Positions 34,047 through 42,971 of a stretch of 48,357 nt of DNA are shown one piece after another. This DNA is from a virus (lineage: Duplodnaviria; Heunggongvirae; Uroviricota; Caudoviricetes), in the IMG/VR virus record IMGVR_UViG_2718217867_000003, positions 1-48,357 of that record, one strand, 5' to 3'. The notes beneath the pieces are model-generated. The model searched no databases. It was not told the origin of the DNA and was given only the letters and a program-made list of their open reading frames with translations. Position 1 is the first letter of the stretch. Each line of letters starts with the position of its first letter. The translations under genes were made by a program, and so were the position numbers.

Positions 34047-34946
34047 ATGTCGACAAAGGCCTATTATTCTATGGATATCATAACAAAAATCATTGAAGAC
34101 GCTCAAAAATTACAGTTATCCTCTGCAAATGAAGCTGAAACACGCCTTAAGATCATAGATCAAATACTCTTTGAAGTATTGAAATGGACTAGGGATGATG
34201 TATCGGTAGAAACTCGAGTTAGCGAAGATGGCGAGACTACTTTTGCTGATTATGTCATTAAAACAGCAAGTACTGCGTTTATAATTGAAGCAAAAAAAAT
34301 TGGTCAGGCATTCGACACAAAACAATTCGATAGGAGACTGAAACTCAACAACAATAATCTTTCTGGTCCTTTTGGAGATGCCATAATTCAAGCAAGAGAT
34401 TATTGTAGAAAACTGAGCATTCAATTTGCTGTTGTAACTAATGGTGAACAATGGGTTATATTCCCAGCAAATAGAACGGATCAAGTTGCATTCAACTCAT
34501 CTTACGCAATTGTATTTAACAATTTACAAAGTGCACTTAAAGATGACTATACAGAATTTTATGACTTATTATCAAGAAAAGCAGTTATAAACTCTAGCCT
34601 TGAAGTTACTTTATTAGGCAACAGGGAAGATCAAATAGAAGAAAGACGCTTAAAAAATACAGTCCGTAAAAGTATCTCTTATGATGCAAAGAATCCAATA
34701 TATCCATTAGTCGAAGAAGCAATTATCACTTCATTTTCAGACACAATAACAGAAATCGACAATGATCTTTTTGAAAGATGTTATGTAAATACTCCTGACA
34801 GGATGAAATTTGATAGGCGTATTAATATGCACATATCAAAAAGTCAACACCTCTTTAGTACGGCGCCTATAAGACCGATGCAAAAAAGAGATGCTAATGC
34901 TTTTAAAGAATCATTATTACGAGCAAAAAGAATTCAAAACCTTTAG
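34047..34946 (+). CDS. PD-(D/E)xK nuclease-domain protein (HsdR-N/Mrr-like); probably N-terminal part of a longer frameshifted gene
   Basis: 299-aa ORF; motif ...ETRLKIIDQILFEVLKW...FADYVIKTASTAFIIEAKK (D ... E-A-K) typical of type I restriction HsdR N-terminal/Mrr-like nucleases; about 33 percent GC. Confidence 0.55.
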   Translation: MSTKAYYSMDIITKIIEDAQKLQLSSANEAETRLKIIDQILFEVLKWTRDDVSVETRVSEDGETTFADYVIKTASTAFIIEAKKIGQAFDTKQFDRRLKLNNNNLSGPFGDAIIQARDYCRKLSIQFAVVTNGEQWVIFPANRTDQVAFNSSYAIVFNNLQSALKDDYTEFYDLLSRKAVINSSLEVTLLGNREDQIEERRLKNTVRKSISYDAKNPIYPLVEEAIITSFSDTITEIDNDLFERCYVNTPDRMKFDRRINMHISKSQHLFSTAPIRPMQKRDANAFKESLLRAKRIQNL

Positions 34947-35203
34947 CTATTGTTATATTAGGAACTGTTGGCGCAGGTAAAACCACATTTTTACATTACA
35001 CACGAAATATATCTGCCGCATCGTATTTCGAAAAATTAAATAATAAACCCTATCCTCATTGGATAAAGGTGGATTTTTTACAATACACGAATGACGAGTC
35101 CCCTATAGACTACATTTATAATATAATAAAAAACTATATTATAAGTGATCCATTTTTTGCAATTATGAGCTATGCATACAGAACGCATACAAAGATGAGA
35201 TAA
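34907..35203 (+). pseudogene. P-loop (Walker A) segment in a second frame, no start codon
   Basis: frame open 34907-35203 encodes ..PLAIVILGTVGAGKTTFLHY..; no ATG/GTG/TTG start in frame; overlaps end of upstream ORF at an A5 run (34925-34929). Confidence 0.5.
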
Positions 35204-35361
35204 CTTCTATAAAAAAAGGACCTGCATTTCTTATTGCGAAGGATGAAGAAAAAATCAATCAACTAATTACAAACAAGCTACAAGCTGATTTTGACAAAGT
35301 TAAGCCATATGCTGATACTTTAATCAGCTATGCAACGAAAAACACACCTATTTTTCTTGTT

Positions 35362-36519
35362 GTGGATAACGTTGATCAACTCAGCGAGGAAGTCCAATCT
35401 CAAATTTTCACTGATTGTGTAGCATTTTCCCAGAGACTCAAATGTAATCTTGTTATATCCTTACGTAATTCTACATATGTTGAACACCGTAACTCCCCAG
35501 CGTTTAACGCATTTGATTTCGACCCTATTCTTATTGAACCACCAAAAGTAGAGTCTGTTTTATCTAAACGTTTTTTCTTAGCCAAAAATATGCTTGAAGG
35601 AGAAGAAGGTGATTTTCTTTCAGATAATGGGATAAGATTTCACGTTGATAACAAAGCCGATTTAATAAGCTTATTACAAAGCTCTGTTTTAGGAACAGAA
35701 ATCGGCAATTTACTTGAAGTACTTGCTGCCGGAGACATCAGAAATGCACTAAGAATGACAAGAGAATTTATTGAACATGGTTATACAAATCCAGGTAAAG
35801 CTATGCGAATATATAGTGAAGGTGGCAACTATATATTGCCTAAGCATGAGGCTCTCAGAGCGATACTGCTAGGGAACCAAGCTGTATATTCAGAGGCTTA
35901 TTCATTGGTTGGCAACCCATTTGATTCAAGACTGGGAAGGACCAACTTCCAACTTTTGAGACTATTCGTTTTAGCAGCATTAGTCCAATATAGTGCTGAT
36001 CCTGCATTTCAATATATCGACGGAATTGACATCCGAAAACAACTTAGAAAAATTGGTGTCGGTGATGATGACTCAATTGCCATACTGCGTGATTTATGTA
36101 AATTACGCTTTATAAGCACGGCTGGTCATGATGTACCAGAATTCAAATCAAGTTTTTATCCTACAAGACTTGGGGGATATATTACTAAGGAGCTAATCAG
36201 TAATTTTACATTTGTTGAATGTACTATGATGGACTCATTCATTGCGAACGAAAAAGTTTGGGAAGATCTAAAAGGATTTGAACGTTTAATCATAAACTCC
36301 TCCAGCGATGTAATCAAAAGACTAGAATATAGAAAGGAACGAGCACAAATATTTTTTGATTATATGCTAGAACTATATAGTTCGCTGCTTGAGGAAGCCA
36401 ATAAACGTGTATTACCTAAAGAATGGCGCACCAATCCTTTGCAGGAAGCTAGATATTCCTTCATTGAAAATCTAAACAAAGCCCTGCAATCAGCACAGAG
36501 AAATTACGGGGAAAAATAA
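35362..36519 (+). CDS. NTPase C-terminal portion (frame beginning inside Walker B-like motif FLVVDNVDQ)
   Basis: third frame open from 35149; track ORF starts at GTG inside hhhhDxhD motif; T6 run at 35153-35158 in overlap with previous frame. Confidence 0.55.
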   Translation: MDNVDQLSEEVQSQIFTDCVAFSQRLKCNLVISLRNSTYVEHRNSPAFNAFDFDPILIEPPKVESVLSKRFFLAKNMLEGEEGDFLSDNGIRFHVDNKADLISLLQSSVLGTEIGNLLEVLAAGDIRNALRMTREFIEHGYTNPGKAMRIYSEGGNYILPKHEALRAILLGNQAVYSEAYSLVGNPFDSRLGRTNFQLLRLFVLAALVQYSADPAFQYIDGIDIRKQLRKIGVGDDDSIAILRDLCKLRFISTAGHDVPEFKSSFYPTRLGGYITKELISNFTFVECTMMDSFIANEKVWEDLKGFERLIINSSSDVIKRLEYRKERAQIFFDYMLELYSSLLEEANKRVLPKEWRTNPLQEARYSFIENLNKALQSAQRNYGEK

Positions 36520-36545
36520 AAAAAAGCCACACCTTACGGTGTGGC
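36520..36545. terminator. bidirectional terminator between island and prophage genes
   Basis: A-run, 8-bp stem GCCACACC/GGTGTGGC with TTAC loop; T8 on minus strand. Confidence 0.6.
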
Positions 36546-36618
36546 TCCTCTGTTGGTTTTATAGGATCATTCCTTTTTGAGGTGGTCATTATATTCCCTA
36601 TCTATTTTCCTGGCAATA

Positions 36619-37023
36619 CTAATTTCCTTGATAAAACGCCAGCACTCGCTGCATAGCTTCGCTTTTCCGGCACTCGCGACAGATTATGTTCAGACGCCTG
36701 TCGTAGCGGCGTATTTCTCCGTCTGGTAATGACCAGATAAGGTCCGGATCAACCACAGATAGTTTCTTCACCTTTGCCCTAGATAGTTTTTTGCGGGCAT
36801 TTTGCCAATCCTTACGAGCCTGTTCAGACGGGAATAACCCGTAACCAGAGTTGTATACATCGCCACTGGCAACCAGCTCTCTGGCGAGAACGCTCATCAG
36901 ATATCTTGTCGCACCTGTCTTGGCTTCCAGTTGCCGTAACGTCTCGCGCCCACTCCGGCGTACTAGCTCAACAACCTGCCCTTTAATTTTTTCCCGCTCT
37001 TCTTGTGTAAATACTTTTGCCAT
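36619..37023 (-). CDS. hypothetical phage protein (134 aa)
   Basis: ATG with GGAGG SD. Confidence 0.5.
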   Translation of the reverse strand: MAKVFTQEEREKIKGQVVELVRRSGRETLRQLEAKTGATRYLMSVLARELVASGDVYNSGYGLFPSEQARKDWQNARKKLSRAKVKKLSVVDPDLIWSLPDGEIRRYDRRLNIICRECRKSEAMQRVLAFYQGN

Positions 37024-37077
37024 AAGCGCCTCCGGCAATCACTTTTCCGATACAACACGGCGGGAAGAATCAGTAAT

Positions 37078-37800
37078 CTATCGAACAATATCCCGGTGCT
37101 TGTTCAGCTCCCGCAGCGCGGCGCAGACTCGCTCCCACTTCTGGACATGATTTTTCGCCCGACGCAGTTCGCGGTTTGCCATATGCAGCGATGGCAAAAT
37201 CAGGTCATCAGCTCGCGTTTCAGTAAACGATGGCAGCGACTGCACAATGTCCGCCACAGTTTCTGTTTTAATATCTTCCTGTGTTGCCGCTTCCTGTACT
37301 GGTAACGCAACACCGGCTGGCTGAGGAAAGGTTTTACCATCATTTTTCGTTACCAATGCAGCTTTCGGTTCTGCTGGTAAATTATCGCCCGGTATGCAGT
37401 AACGAAATTTACCGCCCTGATTTACGCGAAGCAGACGACCTTTGCTGATTGCCATTGCCAGCGTTGAAGCCACTTTGCGTGATGTGGTACCAAACAATGT
37501 AGCCAGCTCATCCGCCGTTTGTGGTCCACGTTGTTCAATCGTCGCAGTTAAATCGCTCTCTGAAATTTTCGCGACTGTTGCCGTGGTAGTTTCTTCCGGC
37601 AGTTCTGCCGGCGCTGGCTGTTCCTGCTGAACGTTGTTATCAGCCACACGCCAGGTGTACGCGCTTTTATCAACGAAACCAGCCTTTTTCAGTTCCCATA
37701 GTTCGTTCAGCACTTCTTCACGACTGATATCAAGTCGCGCAGCAAGTTCTATGGATGTGGCTTTTCCCATTGCTTTCAGTACGTCAAAAACAGTCTCCAT
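37078..37800 (-). CDS. hypothetical protein with N-terminal winged-helix-like region (YdaW-position)
   Basis: about 240 aa from internal ATG with GGGAGA SD; follows DnaC-like gene. Confidence 0.5.
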   Translation of the reverse strand: METVFDVLKAMGKATSIELAARLDISREEVLNELWELKKAGFVDKSAYTWRVADNNVQQEQPAPAELPEETTTATVAKISESDLTATIEQRGPQTADELATLFGTTSRKVASTLAMAISKGRLLRVNQGGKFRYCIPGDNLPAEPKAALVTKNDGKTFPQPAGVALPVQEAATQEDIKTETVADIVQSLPSFTETRADDLILPSLHMANRELRRAKNHVQKWERVCAALRELNKHRDIVR

Positions 37801-37822
37801 TAAATTTTTCTCCCGGTAAAAA

Positions 37823-38569
37823 TTACTTCGCAATTCCTGGCTGGACGACATTCGGACGCCAGCTCTCCCAGTTGAAATTCACCCATCGCCCGCCGTTCAT
37901 GGTCATGCGATCCATAATCCGCTCGCCAAGCAATGTTTTCATGGCCTCATAGTTCAGGTTTGTCAGCATCCCCACGCTGCGCATCGACGCTGTCCGGCGA
38001 TCAACAATCTGGTGCAGTACCACCTGCTCGTTTTTCGTCTCGCGCTGAATGCCAATTTCATCAAGAACCAGCAGATCCACTTCGCACAGTTCCCGCAAAA
38101 ATTTTTCGCCTGACTGCCCGTCGTCATAGCTGGCGTGCAGGGCACTCATAACATCAGCCACGGTAACCACAATCACTGTCTGACCGTCTTTCAGCAGGCG
38201 ATTCCCGATAGCTGCCGCTAAGTGGTTCTTCCCGGTACCAGGTTTTCCGCTGAACGCAAAATTTGTACACCCGGTCATCAGTTCATCAGCGATGGATTTC
38301 GCCTGACTCAACGCGTATCGCTGCCCTTCGTTCTGCACCTGGTAATTCGAAAACGAGCATTTGCGGTGCAATGGCTGGATGCCAGAGCGATTCAGAATTT
38401 TTTCCACCCGCAACTGACGATTCTGACGGTTGATCTCCTCACAACGTTTCTGGCCTTCGGAAAGTTGCCACTCGCGCCACTCCGCTACCGTCTTGAATGG
38501 CGCGGTTACATGTGACGGGGCCAGTCTGCGGATACGTTCAAGAACGTCGCCTGTCGCAATATTTTTCAT
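37823..38569 (-). CDS. ydaV: DnaC-like helicase loader (AAA+, IstB-like)
   Basis: Walker [16 protein letters not shown] and Walker B LLVLDEIG. Confidence 0.8.
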   Translation of the reverse strand: MKNIATGDVLERIRRLAPSHVTAPFKTVAEWREWQLSEGQKRCEEINRQNRQLRVEKILNRSGIQPLHRKCSFSNYQVQNEGQRYALSQAKSIADELMTGCTNFAFSGKPGTGKNHLAAAIGNRLLKDGQTVIVVTVADVMSALHASYDDGQSGEKFLRELCEVDLLVLDEIGIQRETKNEQVVLHQIVDRRTASMRSVGMLTNLNYEAMKTLLGERIMDRMTMNGGRWVNFNWESWRPNVVQPGIAK

Positions 38570-38575
38570 GGTCAG

Positions 38576-39364
38576 TTACCCCCTGAAGCCTGGCGGGATC
38601 GCACTATCCGGTAACGAGACGGTGTTAACCTGTCGGAGTAACGTCTCAGGTCGAACACCTTTCGGCGCGAACAAGCCCTGGTATTCGTTGGCGATGCTGT
38701 GTCGAATCACCTGCTCAGGTGAAAAACCCTGCTGGCGGAATTTTTCCAGCTCCCGTATCGCCCCGTTAGCGCCCTGCTCCGTTCGAATCGGTTTTCGCAA
38801 TGCCTGCCTGAACTGAACCCACTCATGCCAGAGTGTTTCCGGCAACCAGTCAGGCAGCTCGATAGCCTCCGGTTCGAATTTTTTAGACGCTCGTTTTTGG
38901 CGAGGGGGATTTAGGGGGAGATAAGTATTTATATCTTCCTCTTTCTCTTCCTCTGGTAACGCTTTTTGATCCGTTTTTGTAACGCTGGCAGCGTTACCTT
39001 TTCGTTTCAGTTCTCGTATTTTTGTTACTCTCTCGTTTGTAACCGCCCGTTTTTTAGAGCTTTTCCCGTTATGGCGCTCAAAGTTAGGAAGCGACAACAC
39101 ACCATTAGTTTCGACCAGCCATCCAACCTGAATTAACGCATCAGCAAAACCAGCCATAAAAGTGATGCGATCTATTGCACTTTTTGTAACGCCGCGAGCG
39201 TTACACTCTGCGTTACCGTCTATCATTTGTTGATCCGCCCATGCCCAGAAGCGAATGACTTTCCCTAATGCGGCATCTGGATCAATATTCAGAATCTCAG
39301 CAAGCCTGAATATTTCCGGCTTATCCGGCGTAATAACTTCGAGCTTTATCCAGTTTGAAGCCAT
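38576..39364 (-). CDS. ydaU: replication initiation protein (lambda O-like role; YdaU-like)
   Basis: 262-aa ORF upstream of DnaC-like gene; basic linker; contains origin-like palindromes in coding sequence. Confidence 0.6.
   Translation of the reverse strand: MASNWIKLEVITPDKPEIFRLAEILNIDPDAALGKVIRFWAWADQQMIDGNAECNARGVTKSAIDRITFMAGFADALIQVGWLVETNGVLSLPNFERHNGKSSKKRAVTNERVTKIRELKRKGNAASVTKTDQKALPEEEKEEDINTYLPLNPPRQKRASKKFEPEAIELPDWLPETLWHEWVQFRQALRKPIRTEQGANGAIRELEKFRQQGFSPEQVIRHSIANEYQGLFAPKGVRPETLLRQVNTVSLPDSAIPPGFRG
38979..38997. repeat. 19-bp dyad GTAACGC-N5-GCGTTAC (copy 1, inside initiator gene)
   Basis: GTAACGCTGGCAGCGTTAC; additional GTAACGC/GTAACC half-sites nearby (38956, 39037). 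Confidence 0.6.
39186..39204. repeat. 19-bp dyad GTAACGC-N5-GCGTTAC (copy 2, inside initiator gene)
   Basis: GTAACGCCGCGAGCGTTAC plus adjacent GCGTTAC half-site at 39210. Confidence 0.6.
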
Positions 39365-39377
39365 TTGTTTTCACCTT

Positions 39378-39396
39378 GTAACGCTCGCAGCGTTAC
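39378..39396. repeat. 19-bp dyad GTAACGC-N5-GCGTTAC (copy 3, 14 bp upstream of initiator start codon)
   Basis: GTAACGCTCGCAGCGTTAC. Confidence 0.6.
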
Positions 39397-39441
39397 ATTT
39401 AACTGATACCGAACAAAACAGTTCGGTACGATTAATTTCAA

Positions 39442-39864
39442 TCAATGCACTACGACAGAATCGCTAGGAGAACCGCCGCCGCTGAAATGTGCTTTACGGT
39501 AAACGGCCTGGACTGCATCATCATGCGCATCAATTGCCGTACTCAGTGCATCCTGTGCCGCCAGTAATGCACGGCGTTCCAGGGTATCGAAGATGCAGAG
39601 TCGGTGACGCAGCTCGCGAGGAAGAATTGCCAGAACCGCAGGGATCAGTTTCTGAATTTTTTCCCTTTGCGCATTCGTTTCACCTTTCAACCAACGATGA
39701 TAGATATTCTGCTGATTGTTCCAGTCCTTGCCTGGTACCAGGGGCAATTCGCCGCCCCCCTGGCGCAGATATTCTTCAGTAATTGCGTTAGCGACCCACG
39801 CCTGCCCTTTTTCGGCTGCCAGGGCTAACAACACTGATTCGATGTGCTCATGCTTGATTTTCAT
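39442..39864 (-). CDS. ydaT: YdaT-like protein
   Basis: 140-aa ORF downstream of cro-like gene; recalled Rac YdaT. Confidence 0.65.
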   Translation of the reverse strand: MKIKHEHIESVLLALAAEKGQAWVANAITEEYLRQGGGELPLVPGKDWNNQQNIYHRWLKGETNAQREKIQKLIPAVLAILPRELRHRLCIFDTLERRALLAAQDALSTAIDAHDDAVQAVYRKAHFSGGGSPSDSVVVH

Positions 39865-40115
39865 GAATCAACTCCCATCAGCTTTTTCGTAGTAGTTTTA
39901 TTTCTGCCAATAGTTAAAATTGCATCGGCAGAAAATAATCCGTTTGATGCATGAGCGATTTTTTCAGCGTAATTTGTTTCGCCGGTATATTCTGTGCGAG
40001 GCAATTTTCCGTTATCCATCCATTTGTAGATTGCTCTTTGGCTGACACCACAAACGTCGGCCACAACAGAAACGCGAACAGTTTTGATTACATCTTCAAG
40101 TGTTTTCTGGTTCAT
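39861..40115 (-). CDS. ydaS: Cro-like HTH regulator YdaS
   Basis: ATG with GAGGGTG SD; HTH (VSQRAIYKWMDNGKLP); divergent from racR. Confidence 0.7.
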   Translation of the reverse strand: MNQKTLEDVIKTVRVSVVADVCGVSQRAIYKWMDNGKLPRTEYTGETNYAEKIAHASNGLFSADAILTIGRNKTTTKKLMGVDS

Positions 40116-40194
40116 ATCACCCTCACAATGTGAACTTTGAGTACATGCTATAACAGAACTGACAGTACATTCAAGAGCGAATATCATTGAACTT
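40116..40194. promoter_or_regulatory. divergent promoter/operator region between ydaS and racR
   Basis: 79-bp intergenic region with repeated AGTACAT and TGAACTT motifs. Confidence 0.4.
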
Positions 40195-40614
40195 ATGGTT
40201 CATGAAGATAAAGCGCGTAAAGAGTTCGCCAGTAGGCTTGCGCTAGCCTGTGAAAACGCTGGTTATGAACAACATGGAAGGCAGGCAGAAATTGCCCGTC
40301 GAATGAAATTAACACCAAAAGCGGTTAGCAAATGGTTTAATGGTGAAACAATTCCTCGCCGAGAGAAATTAAGGGAATTAGCAACACTCATTGGAACAAC
40401 ACCAACCTATCTTTTGGGAGAGGATACAGAAGAAAGTGGACAGATACGTTTCTATCAGGAGTTAAATCCAAGACAAAAAATCATCATTGACCTTCTGGAC
40501 GAGCTCCCTGACAGTGAGACAGATGAACTTTTAAAAACTCTTGAGGAGAAAAAACAGAAGTACAATGCAATTTACGAAGAGTTAGCACGAAAGAAAAAAC
40601 AAAAAGCCTCTTAA
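40195..40614 (+). CDS. racR: prophage repressor RacR (HTH)
   Basis: 139-aa ORF with N-terminal HTH (RRMKLTPKAVSKWFNGETIP); divergent from cro-like gene. Confidence 0.7.
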   Translation: MVHEDKARKEFASRLALACENAGYEQHGRQAEIARRMKLTPKAVSKWFNGETIPRREKLRELATLIGTTPTYLLGEDTEESGQIRFYQELNPRQKIIIDLLDELPDSETDELLKTLEEKKQKYNAIYEELARKKKQKAS

Positions 40615-40901
40615 ACCAGCATAAATCCGGTAGCGTCCCCCTCCGGGTTTGTGCTTCACTTTATCCCGTCTCATTTTTTTATACATAAAATGTACTTAAA
40701 GTACTTTACAATGATGAACACAAAGTACATTATATACCTACCAACCCACCCCGCCCCACAGAACGCCGGGCAATACTTCGAGTTACCAGGCAGTGGTCAG
40801 GGGTTAAGTAGCCAGCCCGAGGCGTATGAACATGACGGCGGGATTCAAATTTTGCAGTGCAGCAGTTAGTTCCGCCACCCGGCGTTAAGGGGATAGATAA
40901 G

Positions 40902-41036
40902 ATGGTGCATTACGAAGTAGTTCAGTATTTGATGGATTGTTGCGGTATCACTTACAACCAGGCTGTGCAGGCTTTACGCAGCAACGACTGGGATCTCTGG
41001 CAGGCAGAAGTCGCTATACGTAGCAACAAGATGTGA
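40902..41036 (+). CDS. ydaG: small protein YdaG-like (44 aa)
   Basis: hand-translated ATG..TGA ORF with AAGGGGA SD; recalled Rac gene order. Confidence 0.45.
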   Translation: MVHYEVVQYLMDCCGITYNQAVQALRSNDWDLWQAEVAIRSNKM

Positions 41037-41046
41037 GATTCGCAAA

Positions 41047-41202
41047 ATGCAAAAAATCGACCTCGGCAACAACGAATCCCTGGTGTGCGGCGTGTTCCCC
41101 AACCAGGATGGAACGTTCACTGCCATGACGTATACCAAAAGCAAAACATTTAAAACCGAAACTGGTGCGCGCCGATGGTTGGAGAAGCACACAGTAAGCT
41201 AA
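41047..41202 (+). CDS. ydaF: small protein YdaF-like (51 aa)
   Basis: hand-translated ATG..TAA ORF immediately after previous. Confidence 0.45.
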   Translation: MQKIDLGNNESLVCGVFPNQDGTFTAMTYTKSKTFKTETGARRWLEKHTVS

Positions 41203-41687
41203 CGATTAAAACGTCTACTCCTGCTGTTCCAGAATAACTTCATAAAATGGGAGTATTTTTCGGTGACGAGATAATAAGAACAGTTTGCGCTATCACTCTG
41301 ATGTTGAATGATGCCCTTCCGTTCTAATTTTTTCATAACCGGGTTACGGCAAGGAGAAGTGATAATAAGATTTCCTGTTTTAAGGAAATCTTTAAATACA
41401 GCGATTTCTTTCTCAGATAAACGAAGCAATACTCGTTGCTCTGGTAGTAATGAATAATGCTTTTGAATATGTGCTCGCAATCTTGAGAAGGAAATGGCGA
41501 CCACGAAAGAAAAGGCAAAAACGATAATCTGAAAGAGCCAAGGTATTTCAGTATAAGCATTGAATGCGGCAGTAAACTCTTTCGGTATCAGCCAGAGAGT
41601 GAGACCAAAAATGATAATCGTATACATAAGTCTTTCGAGTGGCTCGTTAGCAAAAAGTTTCAACAATGGAGTAAATACATCCAACAT
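41199..41687 (-). CDS. sieB: superinfection exclusion protein B
   Basis: 162 aa from internal ATG (MLDVFTPLLKLF...), membrane protein; recalled SieB. Confidence 0.8.
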   Translation of the reverse strand: MLDVFTPLLKLFANEPLERLMYTIIIFGLTLWLIPKEFTAAFNAYTEIPWLFQIIVFAFSFVVAISFSRLRAHIQKHYSLLPEQRVLLRLSEKEIAVFKDFLKTGNLIITSPCRNPVMKKLERKGIIQHQSDSANCSYYLVTEKYSHFMKLFWNSRSRRFNR

Positions 41688-42128
41688 ATCAATAACTCTC
41701 AACTGTAAGGGTATTGAAATGTTAACACAAGCTCTCGCTGTAGGGGTATAGCCGAGACCACCGAAGCCCGGAGGTGGTGAAATAAAACCGGGCACAACAC
41801 GAAGGCGCATTTCCGATATCCATAAAGAGTCGGTCTTGTCTGTTAAATTTAAATGGTGGGAGTGCGCCTCCGGTTGTAAATAACGACATTGCTGTGTGTA
41901 GTCCTGGCGGCATCAGTTTTTTTCTTGAAGTTCGGCTGATGTCCGCCCTTTTTAAAGTGAATTTTGTGATGCGGTGAATGCGGCTAAGCGCACGTGGCAC
42001 AGTTAAAAGTCATGTTAGTCCTTATTGGTTTGGGTGGGAAAGCCGACTGTAATTGTTAACTGGTTGCAGTCACCTGGAGGCACCAGGCACCGCATCAACA
42101 AAGTTCATTTGTAAAAATGGAGATAATT

Positions 42129-42350
42129 ATGATTGCACATCACTTCGGAACTGATGAAATACCACGTCAGTGTGTGACTCCTGGCGATTATGTTCTTCAT
42201 GAAGGCCGGACATATATTGCCTCGGCAAACAATATTAAAAAGCGAAAACTATATATTCGTAACCTGACCACAAAAACATGCATTACTGACCGCATGATTA
42301 AAGTCTTCCTCGGTCGTGATGGTTTACCTGTAAAGGCGGAGTCATGGTGA
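42129..42350 (+). CDS. kilR: cell-division inhibitor KilR
   Basis: 73 aa from second ATG ([14 protein letters not shown]...) with GGAG SD; recalled KilR. Confidence 0.8.
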   Translation: MIAHHFGTDEIPRQCVTPGDYVLHEGRTYIASANNIKKRKLYIRNLTTKTCITDRMIKVFLGRDGLPVKAESW

Positions 42351-42520
42351 TGACTAAGAAAATAAAATGTGCTTACCACCTTTGCAAAAAAGACGTTGAA
42401 GAAAGCAAAGCTATTGAAAGAATGCTTCACTTCATGCACGGGATTTTATCAAAAGACGGACCGAGAAAATATTGCAGTGAAGCTTGTGCCGAAAAAGACC
42501 AGATGGCACATGAACTTTAA
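42350..42520 (+). CDS. ydaE: zinc-ribbon small protein YdaE-like (56 aa)
   Basis: ATG overlapping kilR stop (TGATG); Cys-containing. Confidence 0.55.
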   Translation: MTKKIKCAYHLCKKDVEESKAIERMLHFMHGILSKDGPRKYCSEACAEKDQMAHEL

Positions 42521-42594
42521 TTAATTGACTATTCGAAACTGAATTTATGCCAGAAATGGCAGGTATTCGCTCAACCTTAATTAAGGAGAAAAAC

Positions 42595-42870
42595 ATGATT
42601 ACCAATTATGAAGCCACTGTTGTAACTACCGATGACATTGTTCACGAGGTGAATCTGGAAGGAAAGCGCATTGGCTACGTAATTAAAACAGAAAATAAAG
42701 AAACCCCATTCACTGTGGTTGATATCGATGGTCCATCAGGCAACGTAAAAACACTTGATGAAGGTGTCAAAAAAATGTGCCTGGTGCATATCGGAAAGAA
42801 TCTGCCCGCAGAAAAAAAAGCCGAATTTCTGGCAACTCTAATTGCAATGAAATTAAAAGGTGAAATCTGA
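42595..42870 (+). CDS. racC: RacC protein
   Basis: 91 aa from ATG with AAGGAG SD (MITNYEATVV...). Confidence 0.8.
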   Translation: MITNYEATVVTTDDIVHEVNLEGKRIGYVIKTENKETPFTVVDIDGPSGNVKTLDEGVKKMCLVHIGKNLPAEKKAEFLATLIAMKLKGEI

Positions 42871-42971
42871 AAGAAATAGCCTGCGTATGGCGCAGGCTAT
42901 GAACAGTGTGTATCCGGCAAGATCATTCACTGAACAAAACGAATTTTAATCTGAGTTGAGGTTAAAAAACA

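Noticed and set aside
40651-40869. 72-aa plus-strand ORF between racR and ydaG
   Set aside because: No SD; region looks regulatory (palindromes, promoter-like AT-rich sequence) rather than coding.
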